DNA of 64,000 nt from an uncultured Collinsella sp. (GCA_902478995.1 CABSNF010000001.1:108-64107); one strand, 5' to 3'; positions 18,744 through 28,970 are shown, counted from the first letter of the stretch. Program-made: numbers and translations. Notes: a model not told the origin generated them from the sequence alone.

Positions 18744-21634
18744 CGCCGCCGCTCGTGGCGTGCGCGCCACAGTTGCAGATAGTGCCCGATCTGCGCCGAT
18801 TCGATGCGCTGGTAGGAGCTCGTGGGCAGCGACGTTAAGAACTTCTTTCCGTAGCCCTTCGTCACCAGGCGCGGGTCGGCCAGAATCAGCACGCCGCAAT
18901 CGGTCGACGAGCGGATAAGGCGGCCGGCCGCCTGCTTGACCTCGAGCACCGCCTCGGGCAGCGAATAGCGCGCCCAAGCGCGGTCTTCGCGCAGGTTGCG
19001 CTCGCACGAGAGCGGGTCCGTGGGACTCGAGAACGGCAGCTTGGGAATGATGACGCAGCGCAGCGTCTCGCCGCTGGCGTCGAACCCCTCCCAGAAGGCC
19101 TTAAGAGCAAAAAGCGACGAGGTCGGCTCGTTGATAAACCGGTCGCGCAGGCGACGAGGAGATGAGTTGCGCTGCTGGCAGTTGAGCTCCAGACCCGCAC
19201 GGGCCATCTTGGGCTCAACGCGGGCGTACAGGTCTTCCATGTCGCGCCGATTGGTAAACAGTGTGAGCACCGATCCGCCCATGGCAAGATGGGCGTCGAC
19301 CAGCACGCGCTCGAGCGCCGTAAGATAGCTCTCACGATCGCGCGGATCGGGGATATCGCCCGCAACGACTACAGCCATGTTCGAATCGAAGTCGTAGCTC
19401 GAGTCCAAGTGCAACGATGAGGATGTTGAAGCACCGATGCGATCGAGGCCGACTGCGTGGTTAAAGTGTTCAAAGCTTTTGGACACCGTCATGGTCGCCG
19501 AGGCAAAGATAGCCGTGTGAACCTCGGGCAGCCACTCGGTTGCCAAGGCCTCGCCAATGTCGATGCGCTCTGCGGTCATTGACTCTCCGCCGGCACGCAA
19601 CCTGCGATTGACCTGCAGTGAATACACGTAGTGTTCATCGGTGCCATCAATGATGAGTTTGAGGTTCTCAGCCAGCTCGTGCAGGCGGCGCGAGATATCA
19701 CCCAGGTCGACAACAACCTCGGGCTTGTCGGCGGCGACGGCTTGCACCAGCGCGTCGACGCTCTTGTCAGCTTGTTCCAATGCGTCGATGGCAGTGTAGG
19801 CCGACTGTAAGAAATCATGCCAGTCGTCAGATTCGCGCAGCTCGGGGCCAATCCATAGATTGGCATTGTCATAACCCCCACGGGCACGGCGGCCGAGCTC
19901 GCGAACGCCATCGAACACGTCGGCGATTGCCATGCTCGCGCGCGCAACCGTCGACGTCGCCTTGGCAGTAAGGCCCAAATAGAGCGTAGAGCCCTCGGAG
20001 GTTGCCAAATCACGGGAGACCTGGCTTAGCGCGCCGGTGGTCGAGCCGCCCAGGCGCTCAAACAGAACGCGTGATTCGTCCGCCGACACCACGCGCGCCC
20101 ACTGACGGCGCGCCTCGCGCTCGATGGAATGGGCCTCGTCGATTACCCAATGACGAATCGGAGGTAAAATCTTGCCCTCGGCCGCAACATTGCGGAACAG
20201 CAGTGAATGGTTGGTGACCACCACGTCGGCATGCGCCGCACGACGGCGAGCGCCGTGGACCAAACATTTATCAGGGAAAAACGGGCAGAGGCGACGAGCA
20301 CACTCGCGCGAGGCCGTCGTAAAGTCGGGGCGGTTGACACTGCGCCACCGAATGCCGAGCGAGTCGAGGTCGCCATCGGCTGATTGGCAGACGTACGCCA
20401 TAATGACCGCGACCGCCGTGAGCGTGTCCGCCGGATCGCGCTTGGTGGTAATCTCGACCTGGCCGCGGCTCATGCGCTCAAGCTTGCGCAGGCACGGATA
20501 GTGGTCATAGCCCTTGAGAGCGCAAAATGACAGACCACCGTCCAGTTGCTCGGCAAGTTTTGGCAGCTCATGGTACATGAGCTGGTCGGCAAGATTGTTC
20601 GATTTGGTCGCAATACCAACCGTGATGTTGTTACGGCGTGCTGCCTCGGCAAAAGGCACCAGATAGGCCATCGATTTGCCGACGCCCGTGCCCGCCTCAA
20701 TTACACGATGAGTGCCCGTGACCAGCGCATCGCGGACCTCGAGCGCCATCGCGATCTGCTCATCACGCGGCTCGTAGGTGGGATACATGCGATTGACCAG
20801 GCCACCTGGCGCATAGTCTGCCTCAATCTCCTCACGACTCGGCATCTTGAGTACCGGCAGTTCGTCGGCGTCCACCCGATCGTCGGCGCGATCGGCCTTG
20901 AGAACGTCAGCACGAGCGGCGCTGAGAGAGAAGATAGAACCAGGGTTCTGCCCCGCCAAGAATGAGAAGATTGGACGATAGGACCAAGGCACGTCCGGAT
21001 GCATGTCGGCTAGGCGCGCCATGAGGCCCTGGGGCAAGTCGGTGAGTGCCACGAGCAACACGCGCCATACGCCACACAGGGCATCGACGTCGGCATTGGC
21101 ACGGTGTGATACCGAGTCACAGCCAAACAGATCGGCCATAAAAGACAGCTTGTGCGAGGCCAGGCGCGGAAGCGCGATGCGCGACAGCGCCAGCGAATCG
21201 ATCCAAATATCGCTCACGTTGACGCCGCCTTTGACCGACTCGATAAACGAGCGGTCGAACGTGGCGTTATGTGCGATTACCGGGCAACCACCGACAAAAT
21301 CGGCGAGAGCGGCGACGGCCTCAACGGCCGACGGGGCATCTGCCACATCGGCATTTGTAATGCTCGTGAGCTCGGTAATCTCGGCGGGAATCAGCTGCTT
21401 GGGATGCACGAAGGTATCGAAGCGGTCGACGATCTCGCGGCCCGAAAGACGGGCCGCCGAGATCTCGATCAGCTCGTTGTCCTGCACCGAAAGACCTGTG
21501 GTCTCGGTATCGAGGACGATCACATCTTCCTCGATAAGGCCGAAGGACTGCGTTTTGGCGCGTTCGGCAAGCGTGGCATAGGAGTCGATGACAAACTGCG
21601 GCGTTCCTGACGAAACCGCGTCCTCGATTAGCAT
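18740..21634 (-). CDS. dinG: DnaQ-like 3'-5' exonuclease fused to DinG-family helicase
   Basis: LDTETTG, AHNATFD, HRANAD exonuclease motifs; EAGTGVGKS, DEAH, SAT, FWEGFD, QAAGRLIR helicase motifs. Confidence 0.92.
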   Translation of the reverse strand: MLIEDAVSSGTPQFVIDSYATLAERAKTQSFGLIEEDVIVLDTETTGLSVQDNELIEISAARLSGREIVDRFDTFVHPKQLIPAEITELTSITNADVADAPSAVEAVAALADFVGGCPVIAHNATFDRSFIESVKGGVNVSDIWIDSLALSRIALPRLASHKLSFMADLFGCDSVSHRANADVDALCGVWRVLLVALTDLPQGLMARLADMHPDVPWSYRPIFSFLAGQNPGSIFSLSAARADVLKADRADDRVDADELPVLKMPSREEIEADYAPGGLVNRMYPTYEPRDEQIAMALEVRDALVTGTHRVIEAGTGVGKSMAYLVPFAEAARRNNITVGIATKSNNLADQLMYHELPKLAEQLDGGLSFCALKGYDHYPCLRKLERMSRGQVEITTKRDPADTLTAVAVIMAYVCQSADGDLDSLGIRWRSVNRPDFTTASRECARRLCPFFPDKCLVHGARRRAAHADVVVTNHSLLFRNVAAEGKILPPIRHWVIDEAHSIEREARRQWARVVSADESRVLFERLGGSTTGALSQVSRDLATSEGSTLYLGLTAKATSTVARASMAIADVFDGVRELGRRARGGYDNANLWIGPELRESDDWHDFLQSAYTAIDALEQADKSVDALVQAVAADKPEVVVDLGDISRRLHELAENLKLIIDGTDEHYVYSLQVNRRLRAGGESMTAERIDIGEALATEWLPEVHTAIFASATMTVSKSFEHFNHAVGLDRIGASTSSSLHLDSSYDFDSNMAVVVAGDIPDPRDRESYLTALERVLVDAHLAMGGSVLTLFTNRRDMEDLYARVEPKMARAGLELNCQQRNSSPRRLRDRFINEPTSSLFALKAFWEGFDASGETLRCVIIPKLPFSSPTDPLSCERNLREDRAWARYSLPEAVLEVKQAAGRLIRSSTDCGVLILADPRLVTKGYGKKFLTSLPTSSYQRIESAQIGHYLQLWRARHERRR

Positions 21635-22593
21635 GCAATGCCCGCTCGACGAAGGCCCATACGGATCAGGCTGTCACAGACCTGCGGGAACGTCATGTCG
21701 TCGGTGTGGCGGATCTCATCCGGATACAGCGACGTATCGGTCATGCCGGGAATGGTATTGGTCTCGAGGATAACGGGGCCGTCCTCGCTCACGATAAAAT
21801 CGCTGCGCGAGATGCCCAGGCAACCGAGCGCCTTGTGAGCGGCACAGGCAAGCTCCTGGGCACGAGCGTAGTTCTCGGGTGAAATCTGCGCCGGAATGCG
21901 ATGGATGTCCGTAGGGTCGACATATTTCACGTCCAGATCGTAGAACTCGCAGTCCTCGGGCTTACGAATCTCGACAATCGGCAGGGCGCGCACGTCATCT
22001 TCACCGTATACACCGACGGTGATCTCGGTACCCTCGATGCACTTCTCGACCAGCACTTTGTCGCCGTACTCAAACGCCTTGGCGATTGCCGCGGGCAGCT
22101 CGGAGGGCTCATGGACCAGGGAAATGCCATAGCTGGAACCGTTGACGGCCGGCTTCACAAAGCAGCGCTCGCCACAAACCTCGACGATATGATCGATATC
22201 GACTTCATCGCCCACCTCGAGCGCAAGGCCGGGGGCAACAGGAATGCCCGCCTTGGCGTACAGGAGCTTAGAGACCTCCTTGTCGGCACCGCAGGCGCTG
22301 GCAAGCACACCCGAGGCCGTGTAGGGGATACCCAGGGTCTCCATGGCGCCCTGCATGGCGCCATCCTCGCCGCCGGCACCGTGCATGGCGATAAACGCCA
22401 CGTCAAAGCCGCCGGTCGCCATGGTTACCATAAAATCATCGGTAGCCGTGTCGAGCAGCTCCACCGAAGTGTAGCCGGCCTCCTTCAAGGCAACCACGAC
22501 GTTCTTTCCCGAATTGAGCGAGATCTCGCGCTCAGCGGAATGACCGCCCGCCAAGACCGCTACGTGCATGTTCTCTAGGCTTTTACCCGGCAT
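21628..22593 (-). CDS. ddl: D-alanine--D-alanine ligase
   Basis: GGHSAEREISLNSG, HGAGGEDG, VKPAVNGSSYG, LETNTIPGMT. Confidence 0.95.
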   Translation of the reverse strand: MPGKSLENMHVAVLAGGHSAEREISLNSGKNVVVALKEAGYTSVELLDTATDDFMVTMATGGFDVAFIAMHGAGGEDGAMQGAMETLGIPYTASGVLASACGADKEVSKLLYAKAGIPVAPGLALEVGDEVDIDHIVEVCGERCFVKPAVNGSSYGISLVHEPSELPAAIAKAFEYGDKVLVEKCIEGTEITVGVYGEDDVRALPIVEIRKPEDCEFYDLDVKYVDPTDIHRIPAQISPENYARAQELACAAHKALGCLGISRSDFIVSEDGPVILETNTIPGMTDTSLYPDEIRHTDDMTFPQVCDSLIRMGLRRAGIAC

Positions 22594-22678
22594 GGGCAGA
22601 CTCCTCCTCTATAATTTCTGCAGCTGATACCATATTGTAGCGATACCCTCTACGTTTCCCCAAAATCGAAAGGCTTCC

Positions 22679-23731
22679 ATGAATCCCAGGACTAAATCTC
22701 AGGACATTCGCGACTTGAGCCAAAACGATATTCGCGACCTTGTGGCCGAACTTGGCCAGCCCACCTTCCGCGCGAAGCAGCTCATCGAATGGGTCTTCGA
22801 GAAGAACGTTTGTTCGTTTGACGATATGACCAACCTTCCCAAGGCTTTCCGCGAGCAGCTTAAAGAGGCTTTTACCTTTGACACGCCGACTGAACTAACC
22901 AAGCAGGTTTCCAAAGATGGCTCTCGCAAGTATCTGCTCGAGTACCACGACGGCGTTTCCGTCGAGACTGTCGGTATGCCCCGTCGTAACAAGCTTTCCG
23001 TCTGCGTTTCCACCCAGGCTGGCTGTGGCATGGGCTGCGCCTTTTGCGCTACCGGTCTCAACGGCCTCAAGCGCTCTCTGACCGCTCAAGAGATCGTCGA
23101 CCAGGTACTTCATGTATCCAACGACTTTGGCGAGCGTGCCACGAGCGTCGTCTTCATGGGCCAGGGCGAGCCGTTTGCCAACTACGACGAGGTTCTCAAG
23201 GCGCTGCGAATCCTCAACGACCCCGATGGCATCGGTATCGGCGCTCGTCACCTCACCGTCTCTACCAGCGGCGTTATTCCCGGTATTCGCAAATTTGCCG
23301 ATATCCCCGAGCAGTTCACGCTTGCCGTTTCCCTGCATTCCGCCATCCAGTCGACGCGCAACAAGCTCATGCCCGGTGTTAAGAAGTACACACTGCTTCG
23401 CCTTCACGAGGCGCTTCAGCTCTACACCGAGAAGACTGTCCGCCGCCCGACCTATGAGTATGCCATGATCGAAGGCGTCAACGATACGAATCCCGAGATG
23501 CAGGCGCTCTGCGACTTCTGCGAGGGAACGCTGTGCCACGTTAACCTTATTCAGCTTAACGACATTGAGGGTAGCCCGCTCAAGCCGTCGCCGATTCATA
23601 AGGTTGAGGATCTTCAGCGTCGTCTTGAGTCCCGTGGCATCGAGACCACGATTCGTAACTCCCGTGGTAACGATATTGACGCCGCCTGCGGACAGCTGAA
23701 GCAGCGCTTCAAAGTTCAGAAGAACGCATAG
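22679..23731 (+). CDS. rlmN: 23S rRNA m2A2503 radical-SAM methyltransferase
   Basis: CVSTQAGCGMGCAFC, FMGQGEP, VSLHS, DIDAACGQL. Confidence 0.96.
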   Translation: MNPRTKSQDIRDLSQNDIRDLVAELGQPTFRAKQLIEWVFEKNVCSFDDMTNLPKAFREQLKEAFTFDTPTELTKQVSKDGSRKYLLEYHDGVSVETVGMPRRNKLSVCVSTQAGCGMGCAFCATGLNGLKRSLTAQEIVDQVLHVSNDFGERATSVVFMGQGEPFANYDEVLKALRILNDPDGIGIGARHLTVSTSGVIPGIRKFADIPEQFTLAVSLHSAIQSTRNKLMPGVKKYTLLRLHEALQLYTEKTVRRPTYEYAMIEGVNDTNPEMQALCDFCEGTLCHVNLIQLNDIEGSPLKPSPIHKVEDLQRRLESRGIETTIRNSRGNDIDAACGQLKQRFKVQKNA

Positions 23732-23749
23732 GGGAGTCGCACCCCAAAA

Positions 23750-23765
23750 CGTTTCATGTGAAACA
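23750..23765. promoter_or_regulatory. Degenerate parS site
   Basis: CGTTTCATGTGAAACA, 2 mismatches to TGTTTCACGTGAAACA. Confidence 0.7.
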
Positions 23766-23930
23766 TTGAACGGCCACGGTTGCAGGATATGCAACCGTGG
23801 CCGTTTCATTTATTGAGCTTAATTTTGAATCAGCTGCTACCTGTCCCATTTTTTACGGTCAAAATAAGGGCTCCTTGCCTCGTGAATTAGACAAGGACCC
23901 CTCATAATATGCTAAGTAATTGTTAGGTAC

Positions 23931-24185
23931 CTAATAACCTACATTTTCCCATTGGTTGCTAACCCAACCTTGATTAATCTTGGGATTCTTCGTTACCTGA
24001 GCGGTGCGCATGGCAACATCTTCTGTCATAACATCCATTTTCTTCTTGGATGTATCGACAATATCTTGCGCACTACGAAGCAAACGACCTCGAAGTTCAT
24101 CGTCTGTCGCGATCTTATAGCCAGCAAAGGCACCAGCAGCGACAGTCGTCGCCAATGCAATCACAGTAAAAATCCTATTCCTCAT
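23931..24185 (-). CDS. Small hypothetical protein with N-terminal TM helix, coupled to parB
   Basis: AGGAGG RBS, ATG overlapping the parB end. Confidence 0.65.
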   Translation of the reverse strand: MRNRIFTVIALATTVAAGAFAGYKIATDDELRGRLLRSAQDIVDTSKKKMDVMTEDVAMRTAQVTKNPKINQGWVSNQWENVGY

Positions 24186-25080
24186 CTTGGCCTCCTTGAT
24201 CAAACTGAATCATTTCGCCAAGAATACGAGAGAGCTCTTCCTCGTCTTTAAACTCAATCTCAATCTTATTCTTTCCACGCGAGCTCTTCACACGCACGTT
24301 GGTATTAAAAACCTGACGAAGCACGCGGGCAGCCTTTTTAAAAGACTGAGGCGTTGCAGGCCTCGGAGTCTTATGTGTCTCTCCGGCAGAAAACAACGGA
24401 GCAAGATTTTCTGTCGCTCTTACGGAAAGGCCCTCTGCAACAACCTTCTCAGCAAGTCGAATTCGAGCATCCTCATAGGGAACTGCTAGAATCGCACGTG
24501 CATGACCAGCAGTAAGTTTGCCCTCAAAAATCATCTGCTGAACAACTTCGGGAAGATCAAGAAGGCGCAGCGAGTTTGTAATTGCAGAGCGCGACTTGCT
24601 TACAGCCTTCGACAATGCTTCCTGGGTCATACCGCTGGCATCGATAAGCTGGCGGTAGCCCTTAGCCTCTTCGACAGGATTTAGATCAGAACGCTGAAGG
24701 TTTTCGATAAGAGCAAGAGCTAGCATCTCTTCATCATTAACATCCTTAATGATGACTGGCAGTTCCTCAAGACCAGCAAGTTTTGACGCCTGGTAACGAC
24801 GTTCACCAGCGATGATCTCATAGCCGTTTCCATGCTTGCGAACCAAAAGCGGCTGCAAAACGCCATGTTCTTGAATTGACTCGCTCAACTCGCGAAGTTC
24901 AGTTTCGTTAAAGTGAATTCGGGGCTGATTTGGGTTGGGAACGATATCCTCAATAGGTAATTTTGTTTCAGACGCAGCATTCGAAGCCGATGCAGCCGAA
25001 CCACCAGTCTCATACTCGGCCTCTGAGACCAAAGCATTGAGTCCACGTCCTAATCCGCCACGTTTCTTTACACTAGGCAC
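24175..25080 (-). CDS. parB: Chromosome partitioning protein ParB/Spo0J
   Basis: GLGRGL, NPNQPR, IIAGERR, IENLQRSDL, HTH. Confidence 0.97.
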   Translation of the reverse strand: MPSVKKRGGLGRGLNALVSEAEYETGGSAASASNAASETKLPIEDIVPNPNQPRIHFNETELRELSESIQEHGVLQPLLVRKHGNGYEIIAGERRYQASKLAGLEELPVIIKDVNDEEMLALALIENLQRSDLNPVEEAKGYRQLIDASGMTQEALSKAVSKSRSAITNSLRLLDLPEVVQQMIFEGKLTAGHARAILAVPYEDARIRLAEKVVAEGLSVRATENLAPLFSAGETHKTPRPATPQSFKKAARVLRQVFNTNVRVKSSRGKNKIEIEFKDEEELSRILGEMIQFDQGGQDEE

Positions 25081-25873
25081 GCTTGATCACCTCTTTTGCA
25101 AGGTTCATATACGCTTTTGCACCCTTATTTTGAGGTGCATAGGTAATTACCGGTTCTCCAAAAGACGGAGCTTCGGAGATTTTAACCGTACGGGGGATCA
25201 GCGTCTTAAACGCCTTATCACCAAAGTACGATTGAACCTCCTCAACAACCTGATTCGATAGAGAAGTACGCGAGTCATACATGGTCATAAGCACACCATA
25301 GGTGTCTAAGCCCTTGTTCAGACGTGATTTGACCATCTTCATTGACTCAAGCAGCTTCGTAACGCCTTCAAGTGCATAATACTCGCATTGGATCGGAATC
25401 AAAACGCTGTCTGCTGCGGTCAAGGCGTTGATAGTAAGCAGGCCGAGCGAAGGGGGACAGTCAATGAAAATAAAATCGAACTCGTCCTGAATCGGCTCAA
25501 GCAAATCTTTGAGACGGGTTTCACGAGCAATTGCGCTTACGAGTTCAATTTCTGCGCCTGCAAGCTGAATTGTAGCCGGAATTACGAATACCTTTTTGCA
25601 ATTTGTATCAAGAACAAGCAATTCTGCCGGCACATCATTCAACAATGCATCATAGATGCAGTGATCAAGGTCTTCTTTTTCAATTCCAAATCCGCTAGTG
25701 CTGTTTCCTTGCGGATCAAAATCGACAATCAGTGTCTTACGACCCTGCTCACCCAGTGCTGCTGCAAGGTTTACAGCCGTCGTTGACTTACCGACGCCGC
25801 CTTTTTGATTGATGATTGCAATGATACGCGTGTCTTTTGCGCTCTTAAAACGCTTAACGTCGCGAAATCCCAC
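25073..25873 (-). CDS. parA: Chromosome partitioning ATPase ParA/Soj
   Basis: NQKGGVGKSTT, DPQGNST, DCPPSLG, QCEYYALEG, EAPSFG. Confidence 0.97.
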   Translation of the reverse strand: MGFRDVKRFKSAKDTRIIAIINQKGGVGKSTTAVNLAAALGEQGRKTLIVDFDPQGNSTSGFGIEKEDLDHCIYDALLNDVPAELLVLDTNCKKVFVIPATIQLAGAEIELVSAIARETRLKDLLEPIQDEFDFIFIDCPPSLGLLTINALTAADSVLIPIQCEYYALEGVTKLLESMKMVKSRLNKGLDTYGVLMTMYDSRTSLSNQVVEEVQSYFGDKAFKTLIPRTVKISEAPSFGEPVITYAPQNKGAKAYMNLAKEVIKRA

Positions 25874-25912
25874 GGTCCCTCCTGGTGTGTATTAAAGCTG
25901 TCAAACGGAGGA

Positions 25913-26006
25913 TGTTTCACGTGAAACATTCCGAATCGATAGCAACTGCTATGTTTCACGTGAAACACTGCAAGCTGTTAGTATCCATTATGTTTCACGT
26001 GAAACA
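25913..26006. promoter_or_regulatory. Three perfect parS sites
   Basis: TGTTTCACGTGAAACA at 25913-25928, 25952-25967 and 25991-26006, directly upstream of parA. Confidence 0.95.
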
Positions 26007-26007
26007 T

Positions 26008-26745
26008 CTAGGCAAGCGAATTCTTCTTTGCCATGCCATTTGCACGAGGCAATGAAACGGATGCTGAATGACTCTTCTTAAGAACAATGAACTCCCTGTG
26101 ACCCAAGCCTTCAGGCAAATCAATTGCGTCATTCAGAAGCAAAGTGAAGCCGCAAATCTTAGCTGCTGACATGCCGGAAGCAAGCTCCTCATCCGAAGGA
26201 TTGCCCTTGGTGATAACAAATAGCCCTCCATCCTTCAGGTACGGAGCCGCATACTCAACAAGAATCGGTAGAGGGGCCAGTGCGCGGGCGGTTACAACGG
26301 AGAACTGCTTCTTATGGCTTCGAGCATATTCTTCAAGACGATCATGAACCGCATGAGCATGTTTCAATCCAAGAGCATGGACAAAGGAATTAACCGCATC
26401 AACCTTCTTGCCAACAGAGTCAATATAAGTAGCTTTACGATGCGTGGTTATGGTTAATGGAATACCAGGGAAGCCCGCACCTGTTCCCATATCGAGCAAA
26501 GCTCCCTCAGGAGCCTTATTGATATAGGGGAGCAAAACAAGTGAGTCGAGGATATGAAGTACGGCAGCATCTTCTACGTTAAGAATACGGGTGAGATTGG
26601 TTGTCTTATTTGTTTCTAGAACCAAATCCAAATGCTGGATACATTTCCTCAGCTCAATATCAGTTACGCTCAAGGAATATTCTTTGCAATAGGAAGTTAG
26701 GCGACTCAACATCTCGTCAGCCTGCTGATCGGTAAGTACAAACAA
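26008..26745 (-). CDS. rsmG: 16S rRNA m7G527 methyltransferase
   Basis: NLTRI, HILDSL, DMGTGAGFPGIPL, ARALAPL; AGAAAGGAG RBS before TTG 26745. Confidence 0.95.
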   Translation of the reverse strand: MFVLTDQQADEMLSRLTSYCKEYSLSVTDIELRKCIQHLDLVLETNKTTNLTRILNVEDAAVLHILDSLVLLPYINKAPEGALLDMGTGAGFPGIPLTITTHRKATYIDSVGKKVDAVNSFVHALGLKHAHAVHDRLEEYARSHKKQFSVVTARALAPLPILVEYAAPYLKDGGLFVITKGNPSDEELASGMSAAKICGFTLLLNDAIDLPEGLGHREFIVLKKSHSASVSLPRANGMAKKNSLA

Positions 26746-26791
26746 CAGAAGCTCCTTTCTGACAAAAATCAGCGTATCGAGAACTTTTGAC

Positions 26792-26822
26792 AAAAAAAGG
26801 GGACGTGGAAACCACGTCCCCC
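26792..26822 (-). terminator. Intrinsic terminator after jag
   Basis: A7-GGGGACGTGG-AAA-CCACGTCCCC. Confidence 0.8.
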
Positions 26823-26841
26823 TAGCATAAGCTCGAGTAGA

Positions 26842-27411
26842 TTATCGAGCAACAATCACCACATGGCGATCAGGGTCAGAACCCTCAGAATGAGTATCGA
26901 CTGCATCGTTGCCACGAAGTGCAATGTGAACCAGTCGGCGCTCGTAGGCATTCATGGGCGGAAGCGAAACACTCTTATGAGTGCGGATGGCACGCTCGGC
27001 AGCAGACTGAGCCATGGAGGCGACCTTATCCTGACGGCGACTCTTGTATCCCTCGACGTCCACTACAACCGGATACCTAAAGCCAAGCTTGCGGCTCACC
27101 AGCAAAGAGAACATAACCTGAAGAGCATCAAGAGTGCGACCATGACGGCCAATGAGAACAGCAAGGTCGGGAGCCGTTACATCCAAAATCAGCTCACCCT
27201 CGTCGCCCTCATACTCATCGATAGGAGAGTTGGCGGCATCGAAGTGCGAAAGGATGGAACGCAGGATGGAAATCGCAACATCGGCAATGGTGTCGAGCTC
27301 CTCATCGGTCAGCTCTTCACCAGCCTTGTAGCGCTGTGCAATCTCGGGATAATCGCCCGCGACCTGCGGGGCAACCTCCTCAAGCATATCCTCGATGATC
27401 TCTTCAGACAT
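26842..27411 (-). CDS. jag: Jag/KhpB (EloR) KH-R3H RNA-binding protein
   Basis: LIGRHGRTLDALQ (KH), PMNAYERRLVH (R3H); conserved position after yidC. Confidence 0.92.
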   Translation of the reverse strand: MSEEIIEDMLEEVAPQVAGDYPEIAQRYKAGEELTDEELDTIADVAISILRSILSHFDAANSPIDEYEGDEGELILDVTAPDLAVLIGRHGRTLDALQVMFSLLVSRKLGFRYPVVVDVEGYKSRRQDKVASMAQSAAERAIRTHKSVSLPPMNAYERRLVHIALRGNDAVDTHSEGSDPDRHVVIVAR

Positions 27412-27455
27412 AACGTACTCCAAAAGTTAGGTACCTAAATAAGATTGATATCCCA

Positions 27456-28226
27456 CTACTTCTTCTTGTGCGGGCGCGGCTTCTTCTCGCGACGAGTGAC
27501 CTCAACCTGCAGCGGAGCGTTCTTAAGACGCTCCTCCTCATCGGCCTTCGCCTTGTCGATGACCTTCTGCGTCACAAAAATCTGCTGGATAACCTGCCAA
27601 GCAGACGAGACGTCGTAGTACAGCAGAACACCAACGGGAAGGCTCCAGCCCATCCAAAGCATCATGACCGTCATGACAACGGCCATCATACGCATGCTCT
27701 GAGCCTGCTGGCCGGTCTGGTTGCGCGACATATAGAGCTGCGGAATCAGGGTCAGGACGGCAAACAGGATCAGGCAAACCAGCGCAGGCAGTGCAACCAT
27801 AAAGCCATCGGCAAAGGAAGCGCTCGGCGTGGTGGTCAGGTCGGGCAGGATGTTGAAGAACGAGAACGTGCCGTCGTTAAAGTACTGCGGCAGGTTGCGC
27901 AGCAATGTAAACAGGGCGAACAGGATAGGCATCTGAATCAGCAGCGGCAGACAGCCAGCCATGGGGTTGAACTTGTTCTCGCTGTAGAACTTCTGCATCT
28001 CCTCGGCCTGACGCTGGGGATCGTCGGCATAGCGCTCCTGGATCTCGAGCATCTTGGGCTGCAGCACCTGCATGCGAGCCGTCGACTTGGTCGACTTGAG
28101 CATAAGCGGCGTCAGCAGCAGACGGATGATGACCACCAGGATGATGATGGACAGGCCCCAGTCGACCGCAAAGGTCTGGATGAGCTTGAGCAGCTCGAAA
28201 AGGATGTTAACGATCCAATCCCACAT
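27456..28226 (-). CDS. yidC: Membrane protein insertase YidC
   Basis: IRLLLTPL, LQPKM, NPMAGCLPLLIQMPI. Confidence 0.95.
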   Translation of the reverse strand: MWDWIVNILFELLKLIQTFAVDWGLSIIILVVIIRLLLTPLMLKSTKSTARMQVLQPKMLEIQERYADDPQRQAEEMQKFYSENKFNPMAGCLPLLIQMPILFALFTLLRNLPQYFNDGTFSFFNILPDLTTTPSASFADGFMVALPALVCLILFAVLTLIPQLYMSRNQTGQQAQSMRMMAVVMTVMMLWMGWSLPVGVLLYYDVSSAWQVIQQIFVTQKVIDKAKADEEERLKNAPLQVEVTRREKKPRPHKKK

Positions 28227-28255
28227 GTAAGTTTTCCTCCGATAGCGAGTGCCCG

Positions 28256-28480
28256 CTAGGGCACAGGGTCATAACCGCCGACGTGCAGGGGATTGCAGCG
28301 AGCGATGCGCCTCACGGCAAGCCAGCAGCCTCTCAAAACACCGTGCTTCTCAATCGCCTGGATGGCGTATTGCGAGCACGTTGGGTAATAAATGCAGGCG
28401 TCAGGCAATAAGGGCGAAATAACCTGTTGATATATGCGAATAGGAGCGATGGCAACACGTCGCAAAACGTGATTGCTCAT
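28256..28480 (-). CDS. yidD: Membrane protein insertion efficiency factor
   Basis: [27 protein letters not shown]. Confidence 0.95.
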   Translation of the reverse strand: MSNHVLRRVAIAPIRIYQQVISPLLPDACIYYPTCSQYAIQAIEKHGVLRGCWLAVRRIARCNPLHVGGYDPVP

Positions 28481-28815
28481 CGCTCCTCCCCGGCAACGCC
28501 GGCGCGCTTCATAAGCGAACGCAACGCCTTGTCCATCTCCTGCGGCGAGGAAACCCTCGTCTTGGGAGTTGCAAACAAGATGATGTCATAACCCGCAACG
28601 GGAAATCCGCAGCTGCGGGCGGCCTCGCGCATCACACGCTTAGATCGGTTGCGCACGACGGCACAACCGAGTCGCTTAGCACCAACGAAGGCGACCCTTC
28701 CGGAGTCGCCTTCGCCAACCGATTCACATATGGTCATTCGAATCAGAGGGTGATTGAAACGACGCCCCTGACTGAACACATGCTCGAAATCTTGCCGAGA
28801 CTTAATAGTCTTCAT
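28477..28815 (-). CDS. rnpA: Ribonuclease P protein
   Basis: [12 protein letters not shown] motif; position after rpmH. Confidence 0.93.
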   Translation of the reverse strand: MKTIKSRQDFEHVFSQGRRFNHPLIRMTICESVGEGDSGRVAFVGAKRLGCAVVRNRSKRVMREAARSCGFPVAGYDIILFATPKTRVSSPQEMDKALRSLMKRAGVAGEER

Positions 28816-28835
28816 GCGAGATGTGTGTATCGCTG

Positions 28836-28970
28836 CTAGACAGTGAGACGCTTGCGGCCCTTGGCGCGACGACGGGCGAGCACGGCACGACCACCCTTAG
28901 TGGCCATACGGGCACGGAAGCCATGGGTCTTGGCACGCTTACGCTTATTAGGCTGATACGTACGCTTCAT
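28836..28970 (-). CDS. rpmH: 50S ribosomal protein L34
   Basis: [22 protein letters not shown]...[11 protein letters not shown]. Confidence 0.98.
   Translation of the reverse strand: MKRTYQPNKRKRAKTHGFRARMATKGGRAVLARRRAKGRKRLTV

Noticed and set aside
16817..21634. WYL + DinG as a type IV CRISPR or anti-phage island
   Set aside because: No cas genes, array or defence cargo; dinG is coupled to housekeeping ddl and has host-like codon usage
25913..26006. Repeat-spacer-repeat pattern resembling a mini CRISPR array
   Set aside because: The 16-bp repeat is the exact parS consensus next to parAB; it is too short for a CRISPR repeat and no cas genes are present
26750..26840. Absence of mnmE/mnmG between jag and rsmG
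   Set aside because: Normal for Actinobacteria
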